DNA from: Rebecca billardiae RCC1528
Lineage: Eukaryota; Protista; Haptophyta
Direction: 5' to 3'
NCBI GenBank assembly: GCA_965240325.2
Contig: OZ251250.1
Span: forward strand, 124,001 to 188,000
Length of the DNA stretch: 64,000 nt
Numbering within the stretch: position 1 is the first letter of the stretch; each line of letters opens with the position of its first letter. Made by a program: the position numbers and the translations under genes. Shown here piece by piece: positions 62,425 to 64,000 of this stretch. The notes below the pieces were generated by a model, which was not told the origin of the DNA, searched no databases, and saw only the letters and a list, made by a program, of their open reading frames with translations.

Positions 62425-63428
62425 ATGATGGCAGCAGGCGTGGCGCGGCGGCGAGGCCACCTCGCCGTGGTGGCGCTGCTCATCGCGGCGTGCCAGCCGT
62501 GGGCCTCCGCCATGCGCACAGTCGTCGTGCGCGCGCGGCCCGCCAGCGCCATGGTCGTCATGCGCTCGGGCAAGCCGACCAACGTGCGCGCAGCGCTGCG
62601 CGGCGCGCGCGATCGGCGGGCGGTGGGTCGGCGCGGGCGCTAGTCACCGCTGAGACCGCGCGCGCCGCGCGCGACGTGTGGGCAGCCGATCGGCGTGCAG
62701 GTGGGCCAGCTCGTCTCCGGCAAGGTCATCGGCGTGCAGCCGTACGGCGCCTTCGTCCGGCTCAACGTCCCGGACACGAAGCGGGCCCCCACCGGACTTT
62801 TGCATATCTCCCAGATCTCGGCGAAGCGCGTGGAAGACATGGAGTCGGTGTTCAAGGTGGGCGCGAAGGTAAAGTGCATGGTGATCGAGAGCGACCCCGA
62901 GAAGAACCGCATCTCGCTCTCCACCCGCCCGCTCGAGAGCACGCCCGGCGAGATGCTGCGAGATCAGGCGGCCGTGTACGCGAACGCCGAGGAGGCGGCC
63001 GTCGCCTACCAGGTGGGTAAAATGCGGGTAATATGCGTCGGTGGGTTGGGCGCGTGTGCACGTGTGTGTGCGTGTGTGTGCTCCCGCGTGGGGAGTCGGG
63101 GCGGGGCCGGCGCGTGCCGGGCGGCGCGCAGACGCGCCTGCCGCGCCGTGTGTCCGGCCACGCGTGTGCCTCAATTGGCAACTGCTGGCTGCTGAGCGCG
63201 CCACCGCCTGCGCCAACACCTGCGCCAACGCCTGCCTGCGCCGCTGCCACGCCGCCGCCACGCCGCGCCTCGGTGCATCCCCGCTCGCTCCGCCCGACCC
63301 GCCGGCAGGAGCGCGAGGAGACGCAGCGCCGGCAGAAGCGCGCCGAGGCGCAGGCGGTCATCTTCGGGCTGGAGGACGCCATCATGGGTGACGAGCAAGA
63401 GACGACCGACAGGAGCGCGACCGTCTGA
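62425..63428 (+). CDS. Single S1-domain protein resembling the last domain of plastid/cyanobacterial Rps1, with a bipartite-like leader; exons 62425-62583, 62686-63012, 63309-63428
   Basis: VGQLVSGKVIGVQPYGAFV..GLLHISQIS..FKVGAKVKCMVI..RISLSTRPLE.PGEM; hydrophobic signal followed by an R/S/A-rich transit-like stretch; in-phase GT..AG introns. Confidence 0.82.
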
Positions 63429-63564
63429 CTGCAGTCTGAGCTGCCCGCCCGCCTGCCCCGCCTGCTCCGCCCGCCATCATGGGCGACGAGCAAGAGACGA
63501 CCGACAGGAGCGCGACCGTCTGACTGCAGTCTGAACTGCCCCGCCTGCCCCGCCTGCTCCGCCC
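63377..63564. repeat. ~96-bp tandem duplication spanning the S1 gene stop codon
   Basis: cgccatcatgggYgacgagcaagag...ctgctccgccc occurs twice. Confidence 0.92.
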
Positions 63565-64000
63565 GTGGGCCGACGGTCGCCGCCACCATGCCCATCACAT
63601 CGCGGCGGGACGCGGGGCGGCTCCGAGCGCGAGCCCACGCGCGGACCGCACCGGCGGCGGCGTACGTATAGACGTTACTACTTCCGATTTCATCGCGCGT
63701 CAATCAAGTATGAGCGGCTGTGCCAGGCGCGCTCAGCCCTGACTCCGGGTCATTAAGTAGCAGCCGAATGTACGGTGCAATGATGATATATTATATATAT
63801 ATATATATAATGTCGTAGCGCTCGCGGTTATAACTAGTGCGCGCGTCCGACCGGTCGTCACAGCAAATCAGTAATACTGCCGCGCGCAGGACGGGACAAG
63901 TACCACTGCCACTGCCAGGCGGCCCACTGTGCAGCGTGCAGGACTGTGTGTGCGTGCCTCCGCGTGGGCGAGTGTGCGCCTGCCAGCCGAGCGACCGAGA

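Overview
Eukaryotic, extremely GC-rich genomic DNA with spliceosomal introns that nearly all start GTGCG(C). Composition and gene content suggest a haptophyte-like microalga, possibly Pavlovales; this is an inference. About 15 protein genes are supportable: a beta-lactamase-family serine hydrolase, a secreted RCC1-like repeat protein, a tandem-PH protein head-to-head with a ~2,370-aa 7TM(TOM1/GPR137-like)-INPP4 phosphatase fusion, five glycan-active genes within ~20 kb (2x GT61-like, KRE6/GH16, GT23/FUT8-like, GT47), two F-box/RCC1 paralogues, an EF-hand/ankyrin protein, a VHL-beta-repeat membrane protein and a plastid-type S1 protein. There is a dense transposon nest at ~43-52 kb and more insertions at 25-28.5 kb. 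Five TIR elements have YARGGG termini, and four of them show a clean 7-bp target-site duplication. They include two foldback (near-perfect palindrome) elements of one family. A TA-flanked Tc1/mariner-like element and a tandem-dimer element embedded in a (TA)n microsatellite are also present. A 16-bp palindrome, CGAGATTGCAATCTCG, is highly iterated in exons (in all three frames) and just downstream of intron donors, reminiscent of cyanobacterial HIP1. Most ORFs in the supplied track are GC-driven shadows. Exon boundaries were inferred by eye.
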